A DNA stretch of 64,000 nucleotides from Leptolyngbyaceae cyanobacterium (GTDB lineage Bacteria; Cyanobacteriota; Cyanobacteriia; Phormidesmidales; Phormidesmidaceae). The notes beneath the pieces are model-generated. The model had not been told where the DNA came from, made no database searches, and was given only the letters and a program-made list of their open reading frames with translations. Positions 32,108 through 42,910 of this stretch are shown here, one piece after another; positions within the stretch are counted from its first letter, which is position 1; the number at the start of each line of letters is the position of its first letter. Where the stretch lies: contig CBDHHL010000056.1 in assembly GCA_965263355.1 (NCBI GenBank), positions 1,312,001 through 1,376,000 on the forward strand, written 5' to 3'. Position numbers and translations under genes: made by a program.

Positions 32108-32686
32108 CTTATGCTCATATCCAGGTTCTAGCCCTGACTGTCAATTACCGAAAAACTGCTATGGTTCTGGAGGTAAGCAAGTTTAACGAATTAAGGCTAA
32201 TTCCTAATCAAAAAGCATTGCTGAAAAAATTATCAAAAATGTTTGTCGTCTCAAGGGCTAGCTACTGTGCATCCTTCATGTAGAGAAAGAAAAAGAGGGT
32301 GGAGCCTAACTACCAAGAGTCCTTTTTTTTGGTTTTTGGTAAAGACATTAAAGATTTCTCATTTTGTTTCTTAGTTTATTTGATGTTTTGCCAAGGTACC
32401 TACTGAATACTGAAGAAAAGGAAGAAGCCTTTGCTAAAGTTATATCTGTACTAATGACTGTTTATACAGTTGGTTAAATTCTATAACTTAGACAGTGGTG
32501 CAATCTTCTAGAACCTACCTATAAAAGTAAATACTTTCCAGGTTAGATTTTTCTTATTTAAATCCGTAGATCTACCTGTGAATATAAGAAAATAGCTTTT
32601 TAGTGTAGGTTATTTGAAGAACAGCATTACCTTGTTGCTAATTTCTATCTAGTAGAGAAGCGTTAAGTACCTTCACCTGGCTGCTT

Positions 32687-33574
32687 ATGTCTAATGTTTT
32701 ATCTAAGTTGCGGCCATATCTTAAGTCCCATAAATCTGTTGCTCTAAATAAGCAAGGGCTACCTGAATATCCTCTTACTAATTACACGGAAGGGATGCGG
32801 GCAAATATTGCATTTTTAGAAAATCCGGAATGGTGCCAATATTATTTTGACACCCATCATCGAGATGAATCTTTTCGATCTCGATGGTTAGCAGTAACCG
32901 GTAGCTGGGATAATAAGGTAGTAATAGATATTGGCTGTGGCCCTGGCAATGTCTATGCCACTATGGGGGGGAAGCCTAAAACTCTGATTGGTGTAGATAT
33001 TGCCCCAAGAGCCTTAAAGATGGCTGAAAATGTAGGGTATATTCCCCTATTAGCAGATGCCCATGATCTTCCGTTGGCAAATAACTGTGCCGATATTGTT
33101 ATGCTCAATGCCACATTACACCACTGTGATGATATGGCCCAGGTTTTAGCAGAGGCGGCCCGGTTAGTAAAGCCAGGAGGAATATTGTTAGCGGATCAAG
33201 ATCCGCAGCGGTCTGCCTGGCATTTTATGGGTCTGGGGCTATGGCTCAGGAAAATTCGGTTTCCCTTCTACAAACTGTTGGGAAGTGCCCATTATTTACC
33301 CAAAGACCATCGCATGGCACGGCACGCAACGGAAATCCACAACCAAAAACCGGGAGACGGTGTAGACCCCGATTTTTATCAACAAGTGCTAGAACCTCTG
33401 GGGTTTAAGGTAAAGGTCCATGCCCATAACCATGACTTAGGGGCCGAGGTCTTGCAGGGAAAATTTGGCAAAGGGTCCTGGCGGTTTCGCCTTAGCCAAC
33501 GTCTTTCAGGCATTGATTGCGAATCAGCCTCAGGGGCACAGTCCTTAATTTGTGTTGCTAGACACGCTACCTGA
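32687..33574 (+). CDS. Class I SAM-dependent methyltransferase
   Basis: VIDIGCGPG, ADAHDLP, TLHHC, RLVKPGG. Confidence 0.85.
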   Translation: MSNVLSKLRPYLKSHKSVALNKQGLPEYPLTNYTEGMRANIAFLENPEWCQYYFDTHHRDESFRSRWLAVTGSWDNKVVIDIGCGPGNVYATMGGKPKTLIGVDIAPRALKMAENVGYIPLLADAHDLPLANNCADIVMLNATLHHCDDMAQVLAEAARLVKPGGILLADQDPQRSAWHFMGLGLWLRKIRFPFYKLLGSAHYLPKDHRMARHATEIHNQKPGDGVDPDFYQQVLEPLGFKVKVHAHNHDLGAEVLQGKFGKGSWRFRLSQRLSGIDCESASGAQSLICVARHAT

Positions 33575-33927
33575 GGACCCGTTAAACAATACCCCATAAT
33601 TGGAATCTAGGTTCTAGAGCTGCTGCAGAAACCAATGCAAAACAACTATCATTGTCCCAGCCGTAACCCCAACATAATGCCATTTGGGACAACCTAGTAC
33701 GGTGGGTTGTAGGGCGGCGTTCCGGCCCTGCCCACGGGGGTTTGGGGAATTCGGAGGGACCCCAAGCAACACTTTTATACTCCCCTGCAGTAGCTTAAGC
33801 TATTTTCGATTCCAAATCTTCGCTAACTACTGATGCGAAAAAGGTCTATATCCTAGCTAACTTTTATAAGTAGTCCTACTATCAGCTACTACAGCTCAAA
33901 CCGTGAGTTCAATTTTTTTAATGGGTT

Positions 33928-34713
33928 CTAAACATAACGTGTTAACCCAATCCGATAACGTTGTTTTTTAGTAATCATCACATCATCAATCTCCAGACGC
34001 CCTTTACCTCGAATAGCAACCAAATCCCCCGATTTTAATGTATGACTCGATTGGGAAATGGTTTTCCAATTGACCCGCACATCACCAGCGGTGATCATAT
34101 CTGCCATTTTGCTGCGGGACATGCCAAACCCAGCTGAAGCAACAGCATCCAACCGCATGGAGGCTTCGACGGTGGTCATTTCTTTTTTCTTCGGTTCCCG
34201 TACCCGTAGTTCGCTCCAGGTAATGGCTTTGGTCTTTACTGGCACAGACCGCACCTGGACCAGGCTCATTTCTAAAAACTCCACCAGTTCCGGCACAACA
34301 ATCATCTGAGCACCACGCTCACCCAGCACAATAATGTCCCCTACTTTTTCTCGGACGATGCCAGTGCCCAGTAGTGCACCCAAAAAATCGCGATGGGTGG
34401 CTGTATCAAATAAAAAGTTACCAGCAACGCTCAGTAAGGCTAGGGGAAGTTCTTGCCCGTCTAATGGAATTTCGGTACGGGCCATGGTTAATCGCTGCCG
34501 CTCAGCTTGGGGATAACCGCCCTGGGACTGGGTGTGGATATCGGTGAGTCGACTAAAGATGGCCTGGGCTTCGTAGAGTTCTGGTGGTGATAGAAAATCG
34601 CTGGTAACCGGCTCCCATGTGCGAATGGCTTGATCGGCTTGGTCAATAATACGGGTCAGGGTTTCGGCATTTTCGGCTCCTTTGAGCAGATCATCCTTAG
34701 GCAGCATAGGCAC
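33928..34713 (-). CDS. Photosystem II S4-domain protein (YlmH/Sll1252 family)
   Basis: SDFLSPP, GGYPQAERQR, HRDFLGALLGTGI and a C-terminal S4 domain (SMRLDAVASAGFGMSRS). Confidence 0.92.
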   Translation of the reverse strand: MPMLPKDDLLKGAENAETLTRIIDQADQAIRTWEPVTSDFLSPPELYEAQAIFSRLTDIHTQSQGGYPQAERQRLTMARTEIPLDGQELPLALLSVAGNFLFDTATHRDFLGALLGTGIVREKVGDIIVLGERGAQMIVVPELVEFLEMSLVQVRSVPVKTKAITWSELRVREPKKKEMTTVEASMRLDAVASAGFGMSRSKMADMITAGDVRVNWKTISQSSHTLKSGDLVAIRGKGRLEIDDVMITKKQRYRIGLTRYV

Positions 34714-34771
34714 GGCTTATGAAATGGGGTCTGTATTGTTAATAGTATGTAGTTTTGAGCTTGATGCAATA

Positions 34772-35650
34772 TTAGTGTAAAGTCTCAACTCTCTGGAGCC
34801 AGTTTGATACGTCCAGGTTGTAGTTCATGTCTAGCTGCCGCATTTCATCTTTGAGGGCATCTAAAATAAATTTCTTTTGGGCTACTGTGAGAGGGGGCAC
34901 ACTTTTTCTCTTCTGATTATCTAAGGGCTTAGACAAGAGATTTCTGACCTGGTTTTTGATCGCATCAGGAAAGATACCCTTTAAGGGTTTCAAATATTGT
35001 GACTCTCTCAAACTATGCCATATCGTATCCTGCCGATACGAATTTTTCGTGTTATATGCCTTGTCGAGGTAAAACTCAAAAGAGTCATCAATCGCCAAAA
35101 ACTGACAAGTTCTTTTCATTAAATGGTTAGCACTGTCTTTCTGTTTCAGATCTTCCGTTTTTAATAACAGAATATCTGACGATGAGAATGCTTGCTTAAA
35201 GTTATTAGCAATGGTGGCATAGCTCACTGGTTCAATGACTTGCAACGGTATACTATCCGGGGTTTCTTGTGCTAACAGTCTAGAATACCAACCATGGTAG
35301 GTACCATGTTCTCGCATTGATTCAATTTTTTGGATTGGATTTCTCAAGATGTAAATGAACCTAAATTTTGCATCCAGGGTTTTGAGACGATGAATGACAG
35401 TTTGGACTCCAGAAAAAGAGAGCGTATAGTTTGGGGAAGCTTCTAAGGCGATACGGTGCTTTATGGGATCCCAATGCCATAAACTTTCGTAATAGTCAAC
35501 TCCTTTTGCCCAGATTGAATCTTTAAAGAAGAAATTAGCTTCTTTGATTCTCGATGCTGCAATTTGTGGATGTTGGGATAGATAGTTGAACAGGCTAGTG
35601 GTTCCGCCTTTTTGTGTACCTATGATTAAACAGATATTATTTGGTTTCAT
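34772..35650 (-). CDS. Sulfotransferase (PAPS-dependent)
   Basis: 5'-PSB motif IIGTQKGGTTSL, HPQI, KEANFF, EASPNY, 3'-PB motif ILRNPI. Confidence 0.88.
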   Translation of the reverse strand: MKPNNICLIIGTQKGGTTSLFNYLSQHPQIAASRIKEANFFFKDSIWAKGVDYYESLWHWDPIKHRIALEASPNYTLSFSGVQTVIHRLKTLDAKFRFIYILRNPIQKIESMREHGTYHGWYSRLLAQETPDSIPLQVIEPVSYATIANNFKQAFSSSDILLLKTEDLKQKDSANHLMKRTCQFLAIDDSFEFYLDKAYNTKNSYRQDTIWHSLRESQYLKPLKGIFPDAIKNQVRNLLSKPLDNQKRKSVPPLTVAQKKFILDALKDEMRQLDMNYNLDVSNWLQRVETLH

Positions 35651-35886
35651 ACGACAAATAGCCAGATGGCATCAGTTTTAGTAGCGCGATGACTGCTTCG
35701 GCTAGTAGTAGCCTGTCCCATTGACATGCACCGTTGACAGTATAAATTAGCCATATTATACCGTCATAAAAATATCGTTTCTCTCATGTCTTGAATACAT
35801 CCCCATTCACTACTCACCATTCACTGACACAACCAAAATGATTTATCTAACCGAGAACACTATAGCGCCCTGTCATAGCCTATGAG

Positions 35887-36525
35887 TTAGGCTGAACAGC
35901 CAGACTGATCTTTCTTGGTGTAAATATTTTTCAGGTGCTTTTTGACGGTATTTTCAGAAATGTATAACTCACTGGCAATTTCTTTATAGCTATTGCCCAT
36001 GCGTTTTAGGCGCCATACATCGGCTTCACGGGTGGTGAGGCCATAGCGTTGAGCCTCATGGCTTGCAATGACGGCAAGAGACTGTTGGCGATTTTCTAGG
36101 GTAATGAGAAAACAGTTTTTACGTGAGCAGTCGGTATCATCCCAATCAAACCACTGGACTCTCATATAGATGGTGCCATGCTCAGTAAAAATCTCATCTT
36201 CTAAGACGATAGTGTAATCTGCAGGGAAGATCGCTGAGGCATCGGTCTGGTTTTCGATTAGACTTTGGCATGGGTGCCAAAGGATATCTGGAATGGCCTT
36301 GGCAGATGGGCAAGGCATTTGCTTGAGGAGCAGGTGTGCAAGTTTGTTTTTGTGTAAGATAGTGCCATTTTGAGACACAATAATAAGACCAAAGGTTGAG
36401 TTTTCGATGGCGGCTACTAGTAAAGCTGCCTGCATATCAAAGGAATGATTTAAGTCACTGTCACCACGGATTACTGTAGCCTGAGCTTGAGTCACGGAAG
36501 AAACACTTTCGATTTGAAAAGCCAT
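35887..36525 (-). CDS. LuxR-type HTH regulator with a PAS-like N-terminus
   Basis: C-terminal LTTREADVW...SYKEIASELYISENTVKKHLKNIY; no receiver domain. Confidence 0.85.
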   Translation of the reverse strand: MAFQIESVSSVTQAQATVIRGDSDLNHSFDMQAALLVAAIENSTFGLIIVSQNGTILHKNKLAHLLLKQMPCPSAKAIPDILWHPCQSLIENQTDASAIFPADYTIVLEDEIFTEHGTIYMRVQWFDWDDTDCSRKNCFLITLENRQQSLAVIASHEAQRYGLTTREADVWRLKRMGNSYKEIASELYISENTVKKHLKNIYTKKDQSGCSA

Positions 36526-36732
36526 AACTGATGGAAGTAGTTGGCAGATGAAATGAAATTCAAATTTCGTTGACTTCGCTAGCAGCGTCTGTGAGATTCG
36601 TATAAAAAGCTGAACTAAATTACTAGAAAATACGGATGCCGCTGATGATAGTTACCTCATTTCCAAAATTGGAAAATCCGTATAAAGTTGTGACAGTTTT
36701 GAAGGGCGGCATAGATTAGTTCAAATGCTTGG

Positions 36733-37302
36733 ATGGGAGCGGCTATGTGGCATGCTGTAAGGGCAATGCCTATGTGGAACCCGGTGTACGTTTTTACTCA
36801 AAAGGTATCGTCGGCGCTTGAGCCAACATTGACGCTAGCCCTAACCGCCGATGAGCGTAGCCGCTCACGATATCGCTACAGATTTTCTGGTGAGATTACG
36901 GATGACAAAAGTAGGGTTACGGGCTTAGTCACTGGCGATCCGGATCAGAGTGCGGTGGATGAAATATATCTGGAACTACCGCGAGGCACGATACTGCGCC
37001 ACGGGGATTGTCTAATTGGAGAGGACCATAATCAGGTGCTAAGAATTGTGGCGAAACCTGAACAGGTTTTAACAATTAGGGCTTCGACTGTCGCTCAGCC
37101 CTCTGATTCGGTGCCTTTGAAGTTATTACAGGCGGCGTATCATTTGGGCAATCGTCATGTGGACCTAGAGGTCGGACCTGACTATTTGCGTTTAGCTCCT
37201 GATCCGGTGTTGGAGGCAATGCTGCATCAGCTTGGGTTAACGTTAACTGCCGAAACGGTACCCTTTCAGCCGGAGTCGGGGGCCTATGGCCATCACCATT
37301 GA
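36733..37302 (+). CDS. ureE: Urease accessory protein UreE
   Basis: [42 protein letters not shown]; the start is probably nearer 36766-36784. Confidence 0.92.
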   Translation: MGAAMWHAVRAMPMWNPVYVFTQKVSSALEPTLTLALTADERSRSRYRYRFSGEITDDKSRVTGLVTGDPDQSAVDEIYLELPRGTILRHGDCLIGEDHNQVLRIVAKPEQVLTIRASTVAQPSDSVPLKLLQAAYHLGNRHVDLEVGPDYLRLAPDPVLEAMLHQLGLTLTAETVPFQPESGAYGHHH

Positions 37303-37966
37303 TCAGCAGGCGTTGCTGAAATTATTGCAGTTGACCAGTCCCGCCTTACCGGTGGGGGCCTTTAGCTATTCGGAAGGATTGGAAACTCTGGTGATGCAGG
37401 GGGCTCTGACGGATAGGGCTATGCTCCACAGCTGGCTGGTGCAAGAGTTGCGCTATGGCGGTGTCCGGTTGGATGTGGCGATCGCAACCCGCACCCACCA
37501 AAACCGGCACCATCCTGACCAGCTAGCCTATTGGAACCAATGGCTCACCGCCAGCCGCGATACTGCCGAACTGCGTCAGCAGAGCTGGCAAATGGGCCGA
37601 GCCCTCGTGCGTTTGGCCCAAAACCTGCACCCCGAACTGCAGCCCAGCTTTAATGACTGCGGCACACCTTGCAACTTCGCCGTTGCCTTTGGCCTGCTTG
37701 CCGCCCACTGGCAGATCGACGTCCATACTACAGCTCTGGGCTATCTACATAGCTGGGCCGCCAACCTGATTGGTGCCGCCGTCAAGCTGGTACCTCTGGG
37801 GCAAACCGATGGCCAGAGCTGCTTGCTACAGCTGCTCCCAGAGTTGACCACAGCAGCAGAATCCATAGTGGCCCTGCCAGATGATGAACTGTATGTCAGT
37901 GGGTGGGGGGGTGCGATCGCAAGCATGCACCACGAAACCCTATACACTCGCCTTTTCCGCAGCTAG
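37286..37966 (+). CDS. ureF: Urease accessory protein UreF
   Basis: [40 protein letters not shown]. Confidence 0.95.
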   Translation: MAITIDQQALLKLLQLTSPALPVGAFSYSEGLETLVMQGALTDRAMLHSWLVQELRYGGVRLDVAIATRTHQNRHHPDQLAYWNQWLTASRDTAELRQQSWQMGRALVRLAQNLHPELQPSFNDCGTPCNFAVAFGLLAAHWQIDVHTTALGYLHSWAANLIGAAVKLVPLGQTDGQSCLLQLLPELTTAAESIVALPDDELYVSGWGGAIASMHHETLYTRLFRS

Positions 37967-38070
37967 CAAAAACCTTTAAATTTCTCCTACCAATGCACTT
38001 AAAATCACCACCACGGGATACCTTTGTCTAACTGTTTAAGCTGGGTGTTGTGCCATAACTGATTACCCAT

Positions 38071-38094
38071 CACCCTCTCACCCCCTCACCCCCT
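38071..38094 (+). repeat. Short tandem repeat (CACCC[C/T]CT)x3, STRR-like
   Basis: caccctct caccccct caccccct immediately before ureG. Confidence 0.6.
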
Positions 38095-38100
38095 CCTCCC

Positions 38101-38733
38101 ATGCCATCCTCATCCCCCTACCGCGTTGGCGTTGCCGGTCCCGTCGGCTCTGGCAAAACTGCCCTGGTCGATGCCCTCTGCAAATCCATGCGTGATGACT
38201 ACTCCATCGCCGTGGTGACCAACGACATCTACACCCAGGAAGACGCCCAATTTTTGGTCCGTAGTCAGGCCCTGCTTGACCACAGCCGCATCGTCGGTGT
38301 TGAAACCGGCGGCTGTCCCCACACCGCTATTCGAGAAGATGCCTCCCTTAATCTGGTGGCCATTGAGGACCTAGAGGCCCGGTTTAACGACCTGGATCTG
38401 ATCTTTGTCGAAAGCGGCGGCGATAACCTGGCCGCCACATTTAGCCCAGAACTCGTCGACCTTACCCTCTACGTAATAGATGTAGCCGCTGGCGATAAAA
38501 TCCCCCGCAAAGGCGGACCCGGCATTACCAAATCAGACCTCCTGGTGATCAATAAAATTGACTTAGCTCCCCTGGTCGGTGCCGACCTCAATGTGATGGA
38601 CCGCGATGCCAAAACCATGCGTGGGGATAAACCCTTCGTATTTACAAACCTTAAGGCCAGACAAGGACTGGATACCATTCAGCAGTTCATTAAATTTCAT
38701 GGACGATTACCCGTGCCTCAGTCTGCTCAGTAA
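38101..38733 (+). CDS. ureG: Urease accessory GTPase UreG
   Basis: [36 protein letters not shown]. Confidence 0.97.
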   Translation: MPSSSPYRVGVAGPVGSGKTALVDALCKSMRDDYSIAVVTNDIYTQEDAQFLVRSQALLDHSRIVGVETGGCPHTAIREDASLNLVAIEDLEARFNDLDLIFVESGGDNLAATFSPELVDLTLYVIDVAAGDKIPRKGGPGITKSDLLVINKIDLAPLVGADLNVMDRDAKTMRGDKPFVFTNLKARQGLDTIQQFIKFHGRLPVPQSAQ

Positions 38734-38850
38734 CCCTTAATTATTGGCAATTATTGGCTTAAATGACGTGCTTCTGCTAGAGATCCAGCCATGGTAGGTG
38801 TGGGAAATCAAACGCAAACAAATGCGAAAAAACCCGTAGAAAATAAAAAA

Positions 38851-38892
38851 GTATCAAAGACTACAATTTTAGCCTTCTCCAAGATTTACCAT
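38851..38892 (+). promoter_or_regulatory. NtcA-activated promoter of urtA
   Basis: GTA-TCAAAGAC-TAC (GTAN8TAC, 38851-38864), then exactly 22 nt to TACCAT (TAN3T -10 box, 38887-38892). Confidence 0.85.
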
Positions 38893-38993
38893 CACGAAGC
38901 AAACATATGTATCGACGGTTACCGTGACATGCCCTGTCATGGTCGCTGGTGTGTGATGCGATAGGTGTGTGAGTCGTTAAAAAGGAAAGCTCG

Positions 38994-40310
38994 ATGACGA
39001 GGATTAATAGACGTAAGTTTTTGGTGTACGGCTCTACCGCCGTGGGCACCAGTATTTTGTTAAAGGCCTGCGGCAATCCAGAGCCCGCTGCTGATACTTC
39101 TGCACCCGCTGCTGATGGAGATGCCACCACAGTTGCAAGTAGCGATGGCGATACTATTAAGGTGGGTATTCTTCACTCCCTAAGTGGCACCATGGCCATT
39201 AGTGAGACCACCGTGGTAGATGCTGAAGAACTAGCCATCAAAGAAATTAACGCCGCTGGTGGTGTGCTTGGGAAGCAGATTGTTGCAGTTAAAGAAGATG
39301 GTGCATCTGACTGGGATACCTTTGCCGAGAAAGCTGAAAAGCTAATCGACCAGGATCAAGTAGCTGTGGTATTCGGCTGCTGGACCTCTGCTAGTCGTAA
39401 GAAAGTATTACCTGTATTTGAAGCAAAGGACCACATGCTGTGGTATCCCGTACAGTACGAAGGTCAGGAATGCTCCAAGAACATTTTCTATACAGGTGCT
39501 GCGCCTAACCAGCAAATTGAGCCCGCCGTAGACTGGCTGCTAGAAAATAAGGGTAAAGATTTCTTCCTAGTCGGTTCTGACTATGTCTTCCCTCGGACGG
39601 CTAACACCATTATTAAGGAGCAGCTCAAGGCTAAAGACGGCAACACCGTTGGAGAAGACTATCTGCCCCTGGGTAACACTGAGGTAACGCCTATTATCAC
39701 CAAGATTAAGGCTGCCCTACCCGACGGTGGCGTAATCTTTAACAGCCTCAATGGTGACAGTAACGTCGCCTTCTTTAAGCAGCTTAAGGGTGCTGGCATG
39801 GGTCCCGACAAGTACCCTGTTATGTCTGTAAGTATTGCAGAAGAAGAAGTCCGTACCATTGGTCCTGACTTTCTCAAAGGCCATTACGCTGCTTGGAACT
39901 ACTTCCAGACTGTAGAAAGTCCAGCCAATGAAAAGTGGGTATCTGATTTCAAAGCCGAGTATGGTGATGAGCGGGTAACTAACGACCCCATGGAAGCCGC
40001 TTACATCATGGTTTATCTATGGAAGCAGGCGGTTGAGAAAGCGGGTACAACCGATATCGCAGCAGTCCGTGAAGCGGCCTACGGTCAAGTATTCGAGGCT
40101 CCTGGTGGCACGGTTACCATGAACCCCAACCATCACATTTCTAAGACTGTTCGCATTGGTGAGATTCGGGAAGACGGTCTATTTGAGATTGTTTCCGCAA
40201 CCGATGGCCCGGTGACTCCAATTCCCTGGAATCAATTCGTGCCCGATACTAAAGGCTATGCCTGTGACTGGTCCGACCCATCTAAGGGCGGTAAGTACAA
40301 AGAAGCCTAA
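38994..40310 (+). CDS. urtA: Urea ABC transporter substrate-binding protein
   Basis: Tat-like RRKFL lipoprotein signal, [34 protein letters not shown]. Confidence 0.96.
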   Translation: MTRINRRKFLVYGSTAVGTSILLKACGNPEPAADTSAPAADGDATTVASSDGDTIKVGILHSLSGTMAISETTVVDAEELAIKEINAAGGVLGKQIVAVKEDGASDWDTFAEKAEKLIDQDQVAVVFGCWTSASRKKVLPVFEAKDHMLWYPVQYEGQECSKNIFYTGAAPNQQIEPAVDWLLENKGKDFFLVGSDYVFPRTANTIIKEQLKAKDGNTVGEDYLPLGNTEVTPIITKIKAALPDGGVIFNSLNGDSNVAFFKQLKGAGMGPDKYPVMSVSIAEEEVRTIGPDFLKGHYAAWNYFQTVESPANEKWVSDFKAEYGDERVTNDPMEAAYIMVYLWKQAVEKAGTTDIAAVREAAYGQVFEAPGGTVTMNPNHHISKTVRIGEIREDGLFEIVSATDGPVTPIPWNQFVPDTKGYACDWSDPSKGGKYKEA

Positions 40311-40331
40311 GGCTCTCGTAGGTTAGTTAGT

Positions 40332-40364
40332 AGGGAAGAGTCATTCGGGGCTCTTCCCTTTTTT
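40332..40364 (+). terminator. Intrinsic terminator/stabiliser after urtA
   Basis: AGGGAAGAG...CTCTTCCCT stem followed by a T run. Confidence 0.8.
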
Positions 40365-40449
40365 GATTTAACCTTTCCAATCACCACAAAGGCCCAAGGC
40401 CATGTGCTTACGCGTACCACTACTCACTTCTCTTTGACAGGATAGTTTC

Positions 40450-41616
40450 GTGCTTGACGGTTTAATCAACGGTATCTTTAACGGCATCAGTATTGGCGCA
40501 GTGCTCCTGATCGTCGCCCTCGGTCTGGCTATTGTGTTTGGCCTTATGGGGGTGATTAATCTGGCCCATGGAGAACTGATGATGCTTGGGGCCTACACCA
40601 CCTATGTGGTGCAAAATGGCTTTAAATCCCTCGGTGATGGGATGCAAGATTTTTACATCTGGCTAGCATTACCGCTCTCTTTTTTAGTCGCAGCTCTGGT
40701 GGGTTTGTTGCTGGAGCGCAGTGTGATTCGCCTCCTCTACGGGCGACCACTGGAAACGCTGTTAGCCACCTGGGGAGTGAGTCTTATTCTCCAGCAGTTT
40801 GTCCGCAGCGTTAGTTGGTCTATGGTGTTTGGCATTTTAACAGTGTGCATCCTGCTGTTTGGTGGACGGGCCATCTTAAAGAAGTTCGCAACCTTAGGAC
40901 CGCGTCAGAAGCTGGCAAATTTTGTTGTGCTAGTGCTGGCGGCTGCCATTGGGATTACCGTAGGTCGTTCTCTCAACAGTAATGCAGTGTTGGAAAAACC
41001 CTGGTTTAGCGCCCGTAATGTAGACGTGACGGCCCCTAAGTGGTTGCAAGATAGCATTAGCGTTACCGATACCCTGGCATTTCCAGCTGCCCGTATCTTC
41101 ATCATTGTGCTTACCATTATTTGTCTGGTGGGGACATTTTGGTTTCTCAACAAATCCGCCTGGGGGCTGCGGATTCGTGCTGTTACTCAAAACCGGGATA
41201 TGAGTGCCTGTTTAGGCATTCCGACAAAGAAAGTGGATGCCCTGACATTTGCTCTAGGATCTGGCTTAGCAGGAATTGCGGGTTGTGCCGTTACGCTGTT
41301 GGGGTCTGTTGGTCCCAATCTTGGCAGTAACTATATTGTGGATGCCTTTATGGTGGTGGTTGTCGGCGGTGTTGGTAAGCTGATTGGCAGTATTGTTGCT
41401 GCGTTGCTAATTGGTATTGTGACCTATATTGTGGGCTCTGGTACGTTGGTGCTGATGTTGCCCTCCAGTGAAGCATTACAACCCTTGATCGATACGATCA
41501 TATTCTTTGCAACAACAAGCATGGCAAAGGTGCTGGTGTTTGCTTTGATTATTGCCTTTCTCCAGGTTAAGCCCGCTGGCTTATTTCCCCAAAAAGGTCG
41601 CTCGGTGGAGGTGTAA
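40450..41616 (+). CDS. urtB: Urea ABC transporter permease
   Basis: FGLMGVINLAHGELMMLGAY, YGRPLETLLATWG, FPQKGR. Confidence 0.94.
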   Translation: MLDGLINGIFNGISIGAVLLIVALGLAIVFGLMGVINLAHGELMMLGAYTTYVVQNGFKSLGDGMQDFYIWLALPLSFLVAALVGLLLERSVIRLLYGRPLETLLATWGVSLILQQFVRSVSWSMVFGILTVCILLFGGRAILKKFATLGPRQKLANFVVLVLAAAIGITVGRSLNSNAVLEKPWFSARNVDVTAPKWLQDSISVTDTLAFPAARIFIIVLTIICLVGTFWFLNKSAWGLRIRAVTQNRDMSACLGIPTKKVDALTFALGSGLAGIAGCAVTLLGSVGPNLGSNYIVDAFMVVVVGGVGKLIGSIVAALLIGIVTYIVGSGTLVLMLPSSEALQPLIDTIIFFATTSMAKVLVFALIIAFLQVKPAGLFPQKGRSVEV

Positions 41617-41618
41617 CA

Positions 41619-42770
41619 ATGGCAGAAACAAGTTCTATGGGCAAAAAGCGTAGACGCGTCTTAGAAGCAGGTATCGTCATTGGTCTCTCCCTGTTTTTGA
41701 TTTTTGTTGCCCCATTACTATTGTCTGGTTTTCGTCTAGGGCTATTGGGTCGTTTCCTGGCCCTGGCAATTGTCGCCCTCGGTGTGGATTTGATTTGGGG
41801 CTACACTGGCTTGCTGAGTCTTGGCCAGGGAATTTTCTTTGCCCTGGGGGGCTATGCCTTTGCCATGCACCTGCAGTTAAATCTAGCAGGGGAAGGTCTG
41901 CCGGAATTCTTTGGTCTCTACGGTGTGTCAGAGCTGCCGTGGTTTTGGCAGCCGTTTTATTCATTGCCGGTTACGCTGATTGCCATTGTGGTGCTTCCAG
42001 GTATCGTGGCCGGGCTGCTCGGTTACCTGGTGTTCCGTAATCGTATTCGAGGTGTTTATTTCTCGATTTTGACCCAGGCGATGCTGGTGGTATTTTTCAA
42101 CTTTTTTAATGGTCAGCAAAAGTTGATCAACGGGACCAATGGTCTGACCACTGATACCACACTGTTGTTTGGGCAGCAGGTGGGTAGCGATCGCATGCAG
42201 TTTGCCTTCTATGTAGCTACCGTCATCGTCCTTGCCCTGACCTATGGTCTCTGTCGCTGGCTCACCCGTGGTCGCTTTGGCCGTTTACTAATTGCCATTC
42301 GCGATGATGAAAATCGTCTCAGGTTTTCAGGCTATAACCCGGCTATGTTTAAGGTGCTTGTGTTTGCTGTGGCTGGTGGCATTGCCGGAGCAGCCGGTGC
42401 CCTATATACCGTTCAATCCAGCGGTATCACTCCACAGTACATGAGCGTTGCCTTCTCCATTGAAATGGTGATCTGGGTGGCTGTGGGTGGACGTGCCACA
42501 CTAGGCGGTGCGGTTCTCGGTGCCCTGGTGGTTAACTGGGCCCAAGCTCTACTGAGTGAACAATTTCCAGAGGTGTGGCTGTTTTTTCAGGGTGCCCTAT
42601 TTTTGCTGGTGGTGACTGTGCTCCCCAAGGGCATTGTCGGCTGGCTAAGTGATGACGCTGTCCGCCAGATGCGTGATTTGTTTGGCCTACAACCCCAAAT
42701 CACCACCTATCCAGACCTGGAGCTAGACCCCGATGTCAAACGCGAACGGCGGGAACTCGCGGGTAAATAA
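41619..42770 (+). CDS. urtC: Urea ABC transporter permease
   Basis: DLIWGYTGLLSLGQG, GVYFSILTQA, SIEMVIWVAVGGR. Confidence 0.94.
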   Translation: MAETSSMGKKRRRVLEAGIVIGLSLFLIFVAPLLLSGFRLGLLGRFLALAIVALGVDLIWGYTGLLSLGQGIFFALGGYAFAMHLQLNLAGEGLPEFFGLYGVSELPWFWQPFYSLPVTLIAIVVLPGIVAGLLGYLVFRNRIRGVYFSILTQAMLVVFFNFFNGQQKLINGTNGLTTDTTLLFGQQVGSDRMQFAFYVATVIVLALTYGLCRWLTRGRFGRLLIAIRDDENRLRFSGYNPAMFKVLVFAVAGGIAGAAGALYTVQSSGITPQYMSVAFSIEMVIWVAVGGRATLGGAVLGALVVNWAQALLSEQFPEVWLFFQGALFLLVVTVLPKGIVGWLSDDAVRQMRDLFGLQPQITTYPDLELDPDVKRERRELAGK

Positions 42771-42910
42771 CCTCTTCGCCAACAAATCCCTTCTGAGGTT
42801 GGGTTGAAAAATCATTTAGATTCTCTTGTTTGCATACCTTACACCTCAACCCAACCTACACACGTACCAAATATCTCAAAAGCGACTGCAATCGAAAGAG
42901 TCTCCTCCCC

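Noticed and set aside
33700..33770. GC-rich palindromic patch as a mobile element (similar GTAG-type patch at about 51374-51403)
   Set aside because: Resembles common short REP-like cyanobacterial repeats; no defined ends or transposase.
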